In this document: positions 14,441 through 28,119 of the stretch, in pieces | Position numbering within the stretch: position 1 is the stretch's first letter | Layout of the letters: each line of letters begins with the position of its first letter | Assembly (NCBI GenBank): GCA_964016885.1 | Contig: OZ024758.1 | Location: 13,826,001 to 13,890,000 of the forward strand | Direction: 5' to 3' | DNA from: Eledone cirrhosa | Lineage: Eukaryota | DNA: 64,000 nucleotides | The notes under the pieces: generated by a model | What the model was told of the DNA's origin: nothing | Database searches by the model: none | Seen by the model: the letters and a program-made list of their open reading frames with translations, nothing else | Position numbers and translations under genes: made by a program

Positions 14441-14763
14441 ATCATCATCCTACGTCCGCTTTTCCCTGCTTGCAAGGGTGGGACGGGAACTGATTCTGGC
14501 TTGATTTCTACAGCTGGATGCCCTTCCTAACACCAACCTCATTTACAGTGAGTGCTGGGTGCTTTTTGCCGTGGCACCTCCACGACCACTTTGCAGTGGA
14601 ATGATAGGGACTGGAGTCCCTATCATCTCATTTCTACAGCTGGGTAAACTGGAGCAATGTGAAATAAAGTGTCTTGCTCAAGGAAACAACACATCACCTG
14701 GTCTGAGAATTGAACTCACAACCATTCAATTGCAAGCCCAATGCTCTAACCACTAAGCCATGT
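14441..14763 (-). mobile_element. CORE-like SINE with RTE tail (full length)
   Basis: Reverse complement of 25791-26122; flanked by (TA)n. Confidence 0.9.
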
Positions 14764-15786
14764 ACATATATATATGTATATATATGTGTGTATATGAGTG
14801 TGTATATATATATGTGAGTGTGTGTGGGTGTGTGTGTATATGAGTGTGTATTTATATGTGAGTGTGTATGGGTGTGTGTGTATATGAGTGTGTATGGGTG
14901 TGTGTGTATATGAGTGTGTATTTATATGTGAGTGTGTGTGGGTGTGTATTTATATGTGAGTGTGTGTGGGTGTATATGAGTGTGTATATATATATATATG
15001 AGTGTGTGTGTGTATACATAACTGTTAACAATTTACTGATTTTCTGCGTTGTAGTTTGTTTACTTTAGTTCCTACTGAGAGATTGGTGGAAGTATGACTG
15101 TCTAAACTAACATGTAATAACAACTTTTATTTTAATCAAATATCTGCCAGGTGTTGTCACCTGTAGACAGTTCCAGCAATGGAAACTGATTCTGTTTGTC
15201 GCACCAGCTCATAGATTTAAATATATAGAAATGGCAACTTCCCCTATCCTGGAACCACAATATAGAATGTACTCATAGTGCAGGGACATATGTAATGAAG
15301 AGGCAGGCCCTCACCGACCCGGCAGTAGTGTGTAGGGGTATATGTAAGTAAGATGCAGGCCCCTACTGGCCCACCTGAGAAGTCAGTAGCATGTAGGGGT
15401 ATATGTAAGTAAGATACAGGCCCCACTGGTCCATCTGAGAAGTCAGTAGCATGTAGGGGTATATGTAAGTAAGATGGAGGCCCCCCACTGGTCCATCTGA
15501 GAAGTCAGTAGAGTGTAGGGGTATATGTAAGTAAGATGGAGGCCCCACTGGTCCATCTGAGAAGTCAGTAGAGTGTAGGGGTATATGTAAGTAAGATGCA
15601 GGCCCCTACTGGTCCATCTGAGAAGTCAGTAGAGTGTAGGGGTATATGTAAGTAAGATGCAGGCCCCACTGGTCCATCTGAGAAGTCAGTGGAGTGTAGG
15701 GGTATATGTAAGTAAGATGCAAGCCCCACTGGTCCATCTGAGAAGTCAGTAGAGTGTAGGGGTATATGTAAGTAAGTATATGTAAG

Positions 15787-18700
15787 AGAATGCGAGCACT
15801 CCTCATTGTTTCGACCGCGGACGGCTAACATAACCCCATCGCCCCCCGCCCCTCACCGCCCCCAACCCCCAAACGCAATCCAAAACTTCAGAGTTGGTAC
15901 CATAAATGTAGGCACCCTAAAGGGTCGCGCTAACGAGGTTGTAGAAATGCTTGAACGTAAGGAGGTCGATGTTTGTTGTATTCAAGAGACCAGGTGGAGG
16001 GGTGGGTCTGCTAGGTTCATTGAGGGTAAAAAACGTTGTTATAAGCTTTTCTGGGTGGGAAACGACGATGGGCTGGGTGGAGTAGGAATCATGGTAGCAG
16101 AAAAGTGGGCAGATAAGATAATAGACGTAAATAGAGTGAACGACAGAATAATTAAAATACGACTTGTCCTCAATAGAACTACGGTGACAGTAATATCTGC
16201 GTACGCACCCCAATCCGGACTGCCCGGCACTATAAAAGACAGATTCTATGAGACACTGATGCTAACTACCTCCCAAATATCCGACAGTGACTATATAATT
16301 ATCGCAGGCGACCTAAATGGTCACGTTGGACAACATTGTGACGGCTACGACGAAATCCATGGAGGCTATGGGTTTGGTACTAGAAATGAGGAAGGCTCCA
16401 GAATCCTGGAATTCTGTGATGCAAATAACCTAACTATCTGTAACACTAACTTCAAAAAACGTGACAATCACCTGATCACCTATAGATCCGGGGAACACAC
16501 AAGCCAGGTAGATTATATCCTTACCAGAAGACGTGACAGAGTGTCTGTTGTTAACACTAAATCCCTCCCCCATGAAGAATGCACCTCCCAACATAGACTG
16601 ATAATTAGCGACCTCATAGTCAGGACGAGACGTACTCGACAACAGAAGAGGACTATCCTCAGGAGGAAAATATGGAAGCTAAAGGACCCCACAGCCAGGA
16701 ATAAATTTCAAAGCATATTACTTGATGCTTTCGACAGTAAGGAAGAACATTTAGAGTCGGACAATATAGAGGGAGAGTGGGAATTTCTGAAAGCAAACCT
16801 GCTGTTGGCGACAGACGAGGTCTGTGGCTGGAGCAGGCCTGTAGGCAGGAGGAGAGTAACATGGTGGTGGAACAGTAAGGTGGAGGGGTCAATTAAGGCC
16901 AAAAAGCAGGCTTGGAAAGTATGGCGGGATGGGGGAAGTAGAGAGGACTATCAAGTGGCCAGGAGGGAAGCTAGGAGACAAGTGTACTTAGCAAGAAGGG
17001 AAGCTGAGGAAAGAAAGTTCAAGCATGTTCTACAACGCGATGACCAAAAACGTGAGGTGTTCAGGATTGCTAGGCAATGCGTCAAGGAAAACCGTGATAT
17101 TGTCGGGGAGAAGTGTGTACTAAATGACGATGGCACACTTGCCATCACCGACGCTGATAAGAAGGTAGCTTGGAAGTGTCACTATGAAAGGCTTCTAAAT
17201 GAGGAGAATAATTGGGAGAAAGGCAGTCTCCCCCATATCGACCCAATAGAGGGACCAGCAGTGTTAGTCGAGGGGAGTATAATAAGTAAGGCAATCAAGG
17301 ATATGAAGACTGGTAAGGCGGCTGGGCCTTCGGAAATAGTTGCTGAGATGCTGAAGGCATCTGGCACGGTGGGACACACCATGGTCACCCGCATAGTTAA
17401 CCAAGTCGTACAAAACGGGGTTGTTCCGAAGGACTGGCATAGCAGCATCATCGTTAACTGTTATAAGGGTAAAGGAGACGCCCTAGATAGGAGTAACTAT
17501 AGAGGCATTAAATTAATCGACCAGGTCATGAAGGTCACGGAAAGAGTAATAGCGCAACTAATCAGAGAGAGAATTGACCTAGATGAAATGCAGTTCGGGT
17601 TTGTGTCAGGCAAAAGTACCACAGACGCTCTTTTCATAGTACGACAACTACAAGAGAAGTACCTAGCTAAAGGTAAACCCCTCTACTTAGCTTTTGTCGA
17701 CTTGGAGAAAGCCTTCGACAGAGTCCCCCGCTCCATTATCTGGTGGGCTCTTAGAAAACTAGGCGTTGACGAATGGCTTGTGAGGGCTATACAAGCCATG
17801 TATAAAGAAACAGTCAGCAAGGTTAGAATTAACAACGAATATAGTGAAGAGTTTAGCGTAAAAGTCGGCGTCCATCAGGGCTCTGTTCTCAGTCCACTAC
17901 TATTTATTATTGCCCTTCAGGCCATAACAGAGGAGTTCAAGACAGGCTGCCCATGGGAACTCCTATACGCAAACGACCTGACACTCATAGCGGAATCAAT
18001 GGCCGAGCTAGAGAAGAAATTCCAAACATGGAAGCACGGCCTAGAGTCAAAAGGACTTAAAATTAACCTGGCTAAGACCAAAGTACTAGTTTGTAGGAAA
18101 GAAAACAAGGCGGCGGTCCCTTCTGGGAAATGGTCGTGCTCGGTGTGTAGGAAAGGCGTAGGTAGAAACTCCATTTTATGTCCTAAATGCAAAGTATGGG
18201 TGCATAAAAGATGTAGTGGGATCACAGGTAAGCTAACTAAGAACATAGATTTTACATGTGGCCGGTGCTCTGGTGCAATAAGTAGCAGCAAGTGCCCACA
18301 AACTACTAGCTCTTTCAATTGCGCAGAGGGTTCTATAGAAATAGTGGACAGCTTCCGTTACCTGGGCGATAAAATCAGCAGTGGGGGAGGGTGCTCTGAA
18401 AGTACTGTAGCTAGAGTCAGAACTGGTTGGAAAAAGTTCAGAGAGCTTATACCACTATTAGCTGCTAAAGGGTTCTCACTAAAAATGAAAGGCAGGTTGT
18501 ACGATGCCTGCATACGAACAGCAATGCTGCATGGCAGTGAGACCTGGGCATTGTGTGCAGAGGATATACGCAGACTAGAGAGGAACGAAGCTTGCATGCT
18601 CCGCTGGATGTGTAACAGTAATATACGTGAACGGCAAAGCATAAACGAACTAAGGAATAAATTAGAGATAAGAGGGATCAGATGTTGTTTACTCGAGAGA

Positions 18701-19314
18701 AGGCTACGTTGGTATGGACACGTGATGCGCATGAAAGTCGATAGCTGTATAACAAAGTGCAGGGCAATAAAGATAGACGGTAGTCACGGAATAGGCAGAC
18801 CTAGAAAAACCTGGGACGAGCTGATAAACTCCGACATCACACACTTACACCTCTCCAAGACAATGTCACTGGACCGAGACCTTTGGCGGTACTCAGTAAC
18901 AGAGAAGACCCGCCTTACCTAAATATATAGTAAAACCTACTCCAGCCAGTAGGCATCTCTAACAAATACACCCCGTCCCACCACCCCCACCCGATCCACA
19001 CCACCCCGTTCTATGTAAAGTTATGTTGGTGCCGCGCCATCGAGGCCGAAACAAATGAGATCGTGTAGGTGTCACGACAAAAAAACACACAGTCCACGCT
19101 GTAATGTGGCCGTGTAGGCAACACGGTAAAAACCTCCCAGACCCACACTGTAAATGTGGTTGGTGTTAGGAAGGGCATCCAACTGTAGAAAACCTGCCAG
19201 ACAGTCCTATGCGAGCAAGACAATCACTCTTGCCTCAAGTGGGACTACCCCCGTCCAAACCCATGCAAGCGTGGAACACGGACGTTAAACGTTGATGATG
19301 ATGATGATGATGAT
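15787..19314 (+). mobile_element. RTE-clade non-LTR retrotransposon (LINE), near full length, 5'-truncated, (GAT)n tail
   Basis: Single long APE+RT ORF, then a ~390-bp 3'UTR with internal ~45-50 bp repeats and a (GAT)7 tail. It interrupts a 60-bp minisatellite. GC content is clearly higher than in the flanks. Confidence 0.96.
15806..18922 (+). CDS. RTE LINE ORF: apurinic-like endonuclease + reverse transcriptase + PHD-like finger; probably non-functional copy
   Basis: Endonuclease motifs GTINV, CIQETRW, SAYAP, GDLNGH, VDYIL, SQHRL. RT motifs NYRGIKL, QFGF, FVDLEKAFD, GVHQGSVLSP, YAND, FRYLG. RTE C-terminus RRLRWYGHVMRM..GRPRKTW. The track start is TTG; there is no ATG before the endonuclease Asn motif. 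Confidence 0.93.
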   Translation: MFRPRTANITPSPPAPHRPQPPNAIQNFRVGTINVGTLKGRANEVVEMLERKEVDVCCIQETRWRGGSARFIEGKKRCYKLFWVGNDDGLGGVGIMVAEKWADKIIDVNRVNDRIIKIRLVLNRTTVTVISAYAPQSGLPGTIKDRFYETLMLTTSQISDSDYIIIAGDLNGHVGQHCDGYDEIHGGYGFGTRNEEGSRILEFCDANNLTICNTNFKKRDNHLITYRSGEHTSQVDYILTRRRDRVSVVNTKSLPHEECTSQHRLIISDLIVRTRRTRQQKRTILRRKIWKLKDPTARNKFQSILLDAFDSKEEHLESDNIEGEWEFLKANLLLATDEVCGWSRPVGRRRVTWWWNSKVEGSIKAKKQAWKVWRDGGSREDYQVARREARRQVYLARREAEERKFKHVLQRDDQKREVFRIARQCVKENRDIVGEKCVLNDDGTLAITDADKKVAWKCHYERLLNEENNWEKGSLPHIDPIEGPAVLVEGSIISKAIKDMKTGKAAGPSEIVAEMLKASGTVGHTMVTRIVNQVVQNGVVPKDWHSSIIVNCYKGKGDALDRSNYRGIKLIDQVMKVTERVIAQLIRERIDLDEMQFGFVSGKSTTDALFIVRQLQEKYLAKGKPLYLAFVDLEKAFDRVPRSIIWWALRKLGVDEWLVRAIQAMYKETVSKVRINNEYSEEFSVKVGVHQGSVLSPLLFIIALQAITEEFKTGCPWELLYANDLTLIAESMAELEKKFQTWKHGLESKGLKINLAKTKVLVCRKENKAAVPSGKWSCSVCRKGVGRNSILCPKCKVWVHKRCSGITGKLTKNIDFTCGRCSGAISSSKCPQTTSSFNCAEGSIEIVDSFRYLGDKISSGGGCSESTVARVRTGWKKFRELIPLLAAKGFSLKMKGRLYDACIRTAMLHGSETWALCAEDIRRLERNEACMLRWMCNSNIRERQSINELRNKLEIRGIRCCLLERRLRWYGHVMRMKVDSCITKCRAIKIDGSHGIGRPRKTWDELINSDITHLHLSKTMSLDRDLWRYSVTEKTRLT

Positions 19315-20569
19315 GCAGGCCCCAATGGTCCATCTGAGAAGTCAGTAGAGTGTAGGGGTATATGTAAGTAAGATGCAGGCCCCACTGGTCCATCTGAGAA
19401 GTCAGTGGAGTGTAGGGGTATATGTAAGTAAGATGCAAGCCCCACTGGTCCATCTGAGAAGTCAGTAGAGTGTAGGGGTATATGTAAGTAAGATGCAGGC
19501 CCCACTGGTCCATCTGAGAAGTCAGTGGAGTGTAGGGGTATATGTAAGTAAGATGCAGGCCCCTACTGGCCCATCTGAGAAGTCAGTGGAGTGTAGGGGT
19601 ATATGTAAGTAAGATGCAAGCCCCACTGGTCCATCTGAGAAGTCAGTGGAGTGTAGGGGTATATGTAAGTAAGATGCAGGCCCCTACTGGCCCATCTGAG
19701 AAGTCAGTAGAGTGTAGGGGTATATGTAAGTAAGATGGAGGCCCCCACTGGCCCATCTGAGAAGTCAGTAGAGTGTAGGGGTATATGTAAGTAAGATGGA
19801 GGCCCCCACTGGCCCATCTGAGAAGTCAGTAGTGTAGAAGCATATGTAACATATAGAGTAATGTAAATGTTGTGAGATATTATGTGAGATAAAGCCTTTA
19901 CTGTGAAAATACAATAGTAAATATAGAGTAATGTAAATGCTAAAGGGTTAAATGATAGTGAGAATCAGGTTAATTTGTTTTGTTTAGGGAGGGGGTGGGG
20001 GGGTGATTGGTGTTTTTTGTCTGCTGGTCTTAGGCCTACTTAACTAGATCTAGCTAGTTTTATCTAGTTAGCCAGACCTGGTTGTACAGGCCTTATAGCC
20101 TACAAACTATAGAATAAAATGGCCTGGAGTGTCAATGATAACATATGTTAGATATGACCCACTTGTTTCAGTATCTTATTTCTACTTATAGAAAGATAAA
20201 GATGAAGAGAGAAAGAGTGTGAGAGAGAGAAAGTGTGAGTGTGTGTGTGTGAGAGAGAGAGGGATGAAATCAACCATAACAAAGATCTAAGCCACTAAAC
20301 CATTCATTATTTGTCTAGTGTTGATCTGCTGCCAAGCCAGTCTGTTTCTTCTTCCATTTTATAGTATTAATAAAATAAAACTGGAAATGCTACCGAAAGA
20401 AAATTAGCAAACTCTCCTCGTTATTCTGAATATTTCAGCTTAAGAACTAACTAACTAACAATACTTTGTTCCATTTCAAGATGGTAGCGTTCCTTGTTTA
20501 TAGATATTTCTCCCCGTGCCAAACATCCTTGTTTGTCTGTAAAATCTGAAGCAGAATTATAAAGCGAAG

Positions 20570-21050
20570 TTAACACCGGCAAGACTTGAGAATAGTAATT
20601 GACTTTCCCCCCTCACCCAAAATTGCTAGCCTTGTGACTATAGTAGCAATCAATATTATTGTCAAATCCTTCCGAGGGTAGCTTTGTCTTTCAGAAATAA
20701 AGCACCAGTAACGTACTGGGGTCTATTTAATCGATTTTTCCCTCCCTCAAAATTGCTGGCCTTGTGACTATAGTAGCAATCAATATTATTGTCAAATCCT
20801 GCCGAGGGTAGCTTTGTCTTTCAGAAATAAAGCACCAGTAACGTACTGAGGTCTATTTAATCGATTTTTCCCCTCCCTCAAAATTGCTGGCCTTGTGACT
20901 ATAGTAGCAATCAATATTATTGCTGTTAATGAGTTCAAATCCCGCCGAGGTTAACTTTGCCTTTCATCCTTACGGGGGTCCATAAAATAAAGTACCAGTA
21001 ATGCACTGGGTAATTGCTAGCCTTGTGCCAAAAGTAGAAACAGTTATTAT
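20570..21050 (+). mobile_element. Meta-like SINE with ~121-bp tandem amplification of its 3' half
   Basis: Repeated gtcaaatcct.ccgagggtagctttgtctttcagaaataaagcaccagta..ccttgtgactatagtagcaatcaatattatt, then a normal copy. Confidence 0.75.
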
Positions 21051-21439
21051 TGCAGTTAATGTTGTTTTCATAATTGTGGTAATAATATTATGAAGCTGTA
21101 ATGATTTAGTAGAACATATCTAAAAAACAGATCTGTTAATTCACATGTTTATAGTACCTTTAATAGTAGACACATCACTGAAAATTTATAGTATTAGAGT
21201 ATACTTAGATTTTATGTGATGCAATCACAGTGATATTTTGTACGTTTTTAAGAATATCTTGCTAATGTGGTTTTATGTGGTACAGGACATTAAAAGTTAA
21301 TTATGCCAAGATATTTCTCTCTTTACTTCAATTAAGTCTCCCCAAGATGGAATCATCTCTAATGTAAAATGTAGAAAATATATTCACATTTCTAGCTGTC
21401 TTTTATTTCTTGTTTGAAATTAATTGATGAGAGTGTCTA

Positions 21440-21700
21440 CCCACACAGAGGAATAACTCGGTTAATACAGGTAACACACACCTGTACACACAGAGGAATA
21501 ACTCAGTTAATAAAGGTAACACACACCTGTACACACGGAGGAATAACTCAGTTAATAAAGGTAACACACACCTGTACACACGGAGGAATAACTCAGTTAA
21601 TACAGGTAACACACCTGTACACAGAGGAATAACTCTGTTAATACAGGTAACGCACACCTGTACACACAGCGGAATAACTTAGTTAACACAGGTAACACAC
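21440..21700. repeat. 45-bp minisatellite
   Basis: cacagaggaataactcagttaatacaggtaacacacacctgtaca ~6x. Confidence 0.9.
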
Positions 21701-21984
21701 AACAAACAAGAACACCTCAGCATTTGAAATATATAAGTGTATGTAGAATTGTCAATTGATGTCTTAACTTTGAAAAAGATAGTAAATTTTTAATTTAAAA
21801 AAAAAATACCTCAGGGGAAAGTCATATGGAAATCGATATAAATAAATAAATAAATGATTTTGATGTATTTTTATGTTTTAACAGTTTATTGATTAGCATC
21901 AATATATGGTAGAAAAAATTCTATATTGTAAAAGGGACGTTTGTTTTGGTTTTCCTTTACTCCATTTTGTGTATAACTCTTTAA

Positions 21985-22190
21985 CCCTTTAGCACATTAC
22001 ATTACTCTATATATACTATTATATTTTCATGGTAAAGGATGAATCTCACATAATTATCTCACATAATATCGAATCTATGAGATTTTGATATTATTTATTT
22101 TGAGAACAATACCTTATCATAAGTATGAGCAGCCAGTTATGGCCAGTTTAAACAGAAAGGTGAGAGAATTCTGGCCAGATATGTTTAACA
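21985..22190. mobile_element. piggyBac-type MITE, same family, right end lost
   Basis: TTAA-CCCTTTAGCA start and matching body. Other partial copies at 19850-19951 and 63911-64000. Confidence 0.75.
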
Positions 22191-22378
22191 ATTGAGTATA
22201 TTCCCAGCCTGTCTTCTTCTGACTCGCTTACACTTCTCACTACATTCTTTTATTATAATTTTTATTCACTCACTAGGCTGCTATCTAGGAGGAATACCAC
22301 TCCCCATTCTACCCCAGTATATAACTGGTACTTTGTTTTATTGACTCCAAAATCATGAAAGACAAAATTGACCTCATA

Positions 22379-22419
22379 GTATATATATATATATATGTGT
22401 ATATATATATATGTATATG

Positions 22420-22451
<32 letters not shown>

Positions 22452-22794
22452 TATATGTATATATATGTATGTATATATATATATATATGTATGTATATGT
22501 ATGTATATATATATATATATGTATGTATGTATGTATATGTATATATATATGTATATATATATATATGTATGTATATATATATGTATGTATATGTATGTAT
22601 GTATATATATATATATATGTATGTATATGTATGTATGTATATGTATGTATGTATATATATATATGTATGTATGTATATATATATATGTATGTATGTATGT
22701 ATGTATATATATATATATATGTATGTATGTATGTATATATATATATATATGTATGTATGTATGTATATATATATATATATGTATGTATATATAT

Positions 22795-22835
<41 letters not shown>

Positions 22836-23083
22836 TATGTATATATATGTATGTATATATATATATGTATATATATGTATGTATATATATATATGTATAT
22901 ATATGTATGTATATATATATATGTATATATATGTATGTATATATATGTGTATGTATATATATGTATGTATATATATATATATATGTATGTATGTATATAT
23001 ATATGTGTATGTATATATATGTATGTATATATATATATATATGTATGTATGTATATATATATATGTATATATATGTATGTATG

Positions 23084-23136
<53 letters not shown>

Positions 23137-23441
23137 GTGTATGTATATATGTGTATGTATATATATATATATATGTATGTATGTATATATATATATGTAT
23201 GTATGTATATATATATATGTATATATATGTATGTATATATATATATATATGTATGTATATATATATATGTATGTATGTATATATATATATGTATATATAT
23301 GTATGTATATATATATATATATGTATGTATATATATATATATATGTATGTATGTATATATATATATGTATATATATGTATGTATGTATGTATATATGTAT
23401 GTATGTATATATGTATGTATATATATATATATATGTATATG

Positions 23442-23480
<39 letters not shown>

Positions 23481-23577
23481 ATGTATGTATATATATGTAT
23501 ATGTATGTATATATATATATATGTATGTATATATATATATGTATGTATATGTATGTATATATATATATGTATGTATA

Positions 23578-23622
<45 letters not shown>
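22379..23622. repeat. Giant compound (TA)n/(TATG)n microsatellite
   Basis: Direct reading. Similar tracts at 2862-3491, 26140-27300 and 55240-55668. Confidence 0.98.
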
Positions 23623-24070
23623 GTCTGTGTCGAAACTTGGTTTAAGAGACTTGGTTTAAAATATGTTAAGAAAAACACTGAAATGTTTTGTTTCTGTATC
23701 ATTTGCCTCTAACAAGTGTTTACATGCCTCAAAGTATTAGATTACTTCTTCTTCTTCTTTAGTCTTCTTCTTCTTCTTCTTCTTTAGTCTTCTTCTTCTT
23801 CTTCTTTAGTCTTCTTCTTCTTCTTGAGTCTTCTGAAGAATTTAATTCTAGAAAGTTCCAGCCCAGACATAATCTACCTCACAGCCATGGCTACCAGCCA
23901 ACCAACTGCTAGTTTATTCTTCAAGCTGCTTTTTTATTCATTACCATTTATTATTCATGCTAACTATGTCTGTCTGTGTATGTGCATGTATGTTTATATA
24001 TATATATACATATATAGGAAAAAGTATGACCCCGACGGCAGAGCTCAAGCCGTTTCGCCGGCTATTTCTG

Positions 24071-24116
<46 letters not shown>

Positions 24117-24227
24117 ATGTGCAGGTAGTGTGTATGTTTATGTATGTATGTATGCATACATACATGTATGTTTATATATATGTATATATATATATGTGTG
24201 TGTATAAGTGTAAATGTATGTATATAT

Positions 24228-25548
24228 ATAGTCCTGCAGGCAATAACGGAGGAGTTTAAGACCGGATGCCCATGGGAACTCCTGTATGCTGATGACCTCG
24301 CACTCATAGCTGAATCTATGGTAGAACTAGAGAATAAATTCCAAACCTGGAAGCAGGGACTAGAGAGAAAGGGCCTCAAAGTCAACATGACAAAGACTAA
24401 GGTCCTTATAAGTAGACGAGAAAACAGAACCCAGATCCCCTCAGGGAAATGGCCTTGCTCAGTATGTAGGAAAGGTGTAGGTAGGAACTCCATTCTTTGC
24501 CCCAAATGCAAACAATGGGTACACAAGAGATGTAGCGGGATCTCAGGAAGCTTAATTAAGAATGTAGGATTCACATGCAGCAGCTGTGCTGAAACAGCAA
24601 GCAAACAGCCACAGGAAACAAGTACCACCAATCTCTGGGAGGGCCCTGTAGAAACAGTAGACAGCTTCTGCTACCTAGGTGACCGAATTAGCAACGGAGG
24701 TGGGTGCTCAGAAAGTACAATAACTAGGGTAAGAACGGGATGGAAGAAGTTTAGGGAACTACTACCACTGCTAGCTGCAAAAGGCTTCTCCCTCAGAATG
24801 AAAGGCAGACTGTATGATGCGTGTATCCGAACAGCGATGTTGCATGGTAGTGAGACCTGGGCGCTGAAGGTGGAAGACTTACGTAGATTAGAGAGAAACG
24901 AAGCCTGCATGCTCCGATGGATGTGTAACAGTAATATACGTGAACGACAAAGCATAAATGAATTGAGAGAGAGACTGAGCATAAGAGGAATCAAATGCTG
25001 CGTGCAGGAGAGGCGGTTACGCTGGTATGGACATGTGATGCGTATGAAGGATGACAGCTGCATAAAAAGGTGCAGAGCACTAGAAGTTGATGGAAACCGC
25101 GGAGTGGGGAGACCCAAGATGACTTGGGATGAGGTGATAAAAGCCGACCTTACCCAACTACACCTCTCAAAGTCAATGACACACGACCGTGACTTCTGGC
25201 GTCACGCAGTAATACAGGGTACCCGACCTCCCATGGGTACATGCTGAAGCATATAAACAATATGCCCCCCCCCCCCCACCGCAAGGTGGTCGTGGAGGTG
25301 CCACGGCAAAAAAGCACCCAGCCCACACTGTAAAGTGGACGTGTAGGCGCCACGAAAAAGCACCCAGCACTCACTGTAAATGAGGTTGGTGTTAGGAAGG
25401 GCATCCAGCTGTAGAAATCAAGCCAGATCAGTTCCTGTATGAGCAAGGCATGGTCAGCCGACCAGACACTGCCCACAACAGGACAACCCGTCTAACCCAT
25501 GCTAGCGTGGAAGAACGGACGTAAAACGGTGATGATGATGATGATGAT
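24228..25548 (+). mobile_element. 5'-truncated RTE LINE, second subfamily (RT motifs 5-7, PHD-like finger, C-terminus, 3'UTR, (GAT)n tail)
   Basis: Open frame 24228-25247 (IVLQAITEEFKTGCPWELLYADDLALI...RRLRWYGHVMRM) is homologous to the 15.8-kb element. It begins directly after (TA)n and ends in (GAT)6. Confidence 0.95.
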
Positions 25549-25648
25549 ATATGTGTATTAAAACCAGTTTAGATTTTTTAAAAATATGCTATATATCTTA
25601 TGCAAATGTAAATGGTTTAGAATTTTTGAATATAAATTGTGTGTGTGT

Positions 25649-25718
<70 letters not shown>

Positions 25719-25790
25719 TATATATAGAGAGAGAGCATGTTTTAAAATGACTTTAGTCATTCCGACTCAATATTATTATTATTAATATAT

Positions 25791-26122
25791 GGAGGCACAT
25801 GGCTTAGTGGTTAGAGCATTGGCCTTGCAATCGAAAGGTTGTGAGTTCAATTCTCAGACTGGGTGATGTGTTGTTTCCTTGAGCAAGACACTTTATTTCA
25901 CATTGCTCCAGTTTACTCAGCTGTAGAAATGAGATGAAAGGGACTGCGGTCCCTATCATTCCACTGCAAAGTGGTCGTGGAGGTGCCACGGCAAAAAATC
26001 ACCCAGCACTCACTGTAAATGAGGTTGGTGTTAGGAAGGGCATCCAGCTGTAGAAATCAAGCCAGAATCAGTTCCCGTCCCACCCTTGCAAGCAGGGAAA
26101 AGTGGACGTAAAATGATGATGA
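25791..26122 (+). mobile_element. tRNA-derived CORE-like SINE with RTE-derived 3' tail (full length)
   Basis: A box TGGCTTAGTGG, B box GAGTTCAATTC, CORE-like ccttgagcaagacacttt. The 3' part matches the RTE 3'UTR at 25285-25435; (GAT)n tail. Confidence 0.9.
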
Positions 26123-26139
26123 TATATAATATTATTAAT

Positions 26140-27300
<1,161 letters not shown>

Positions 27301-27874
27301 TACTCACACACACACAGACACACACAAAATAAATACAATAAAAGTTTGTTTTACAAGACACTGTTTTTGTAGGCTATATTATTCTCTCAGTATTCTTCCC
27401 ATCTAATGTCCCCTGGTGGCGTGTCATAGTTACAATATTGTTAAGTGTTGAAAAATATTTCTAAAATAATTTTTAAAAATATATATTTTTTATTTAAGAG
27501 AAATGTTCATTCTTCTCTGTCTTTTTTTTTTTTTTATTATGTTATGTTAAATAAAAATATGAAAACATTTTATTCCTGTCTTGTTAAATATAGAAAATTT
27601 AACAATTTAAGAAAACATAAGCAAACTGGAAGAATGTCTGTTTATATAAAAGTAATTGGAAACACAACTGAAGCATTTGTAAATGTTTGAAATATTCTAT
27701 ATTTTCGCAAGTGCTTTTGGGTTATGGGTTGAGGTTTTGGTGGGGGAGGTGTTGTTTTTTTTTTTTTGTTTATCAGTGTTTATTTTTCAATTGTGTTATT
27801 CCCCACACCCTACCCTATTTATCTTCATCTTCATCTTCATCTTCTTCGTCTTCTTGCATGTTAATATGAAAAAT

Positions 27875-27908
<34 letters not shown>

Positions 27909-28119
27909 TGATGATGATGATGATGATAATAATGTTTTCTTTATTAACCACAAGGGTTTACATAAAGTAGACATTAAGGACAGTACAGGACAATACAGGA
28001 CGGTACAAATGGGCATTTCTGCGTGTAAAAAAAACAGAGGATGAAATAAAATAACAAAGAAAAATTCCCCTGATGATAATAATAACGATAACAACAATAA
28101 TGACAATAACAACAACAAT

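Larger units (their letters stand above)
15323..19835. repeat. 60-bp minisatellite split by the RTE LINE (15323-15776 and 19312-19835)
   Basis: ggccccactggtccatctgagaagtcagtagagtgtaggggtatatgtaagtaagatgca. Confidence 0.95.

Noticed and set aside
15917-18732. Antisense ORFs within the LINE
   Set aside because: Short shadows of the sense ORF's codon pattern.
15323-19835. CRISPR-like array next to an RT gene
   Set aside because: Head-to-tail 60-bp units with no unique spacers, in a eukaryotic context; the RT is a LINE.
22355-23712. Long Y/I/M/C/V-rich ORFs (also 2815-3561, 14091-14530, 26086-27406, 52561-55679)
   Set aside because: Translations of (TA)/(TG)/(CA) microsatellites, which lack stop codons; open in several frames on both strands.
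25791-25860. tRNA gene
   Set aside because: A/B boxes are present, but the acceptor stem is broken and it continues into a SINE body found in multiple copies.
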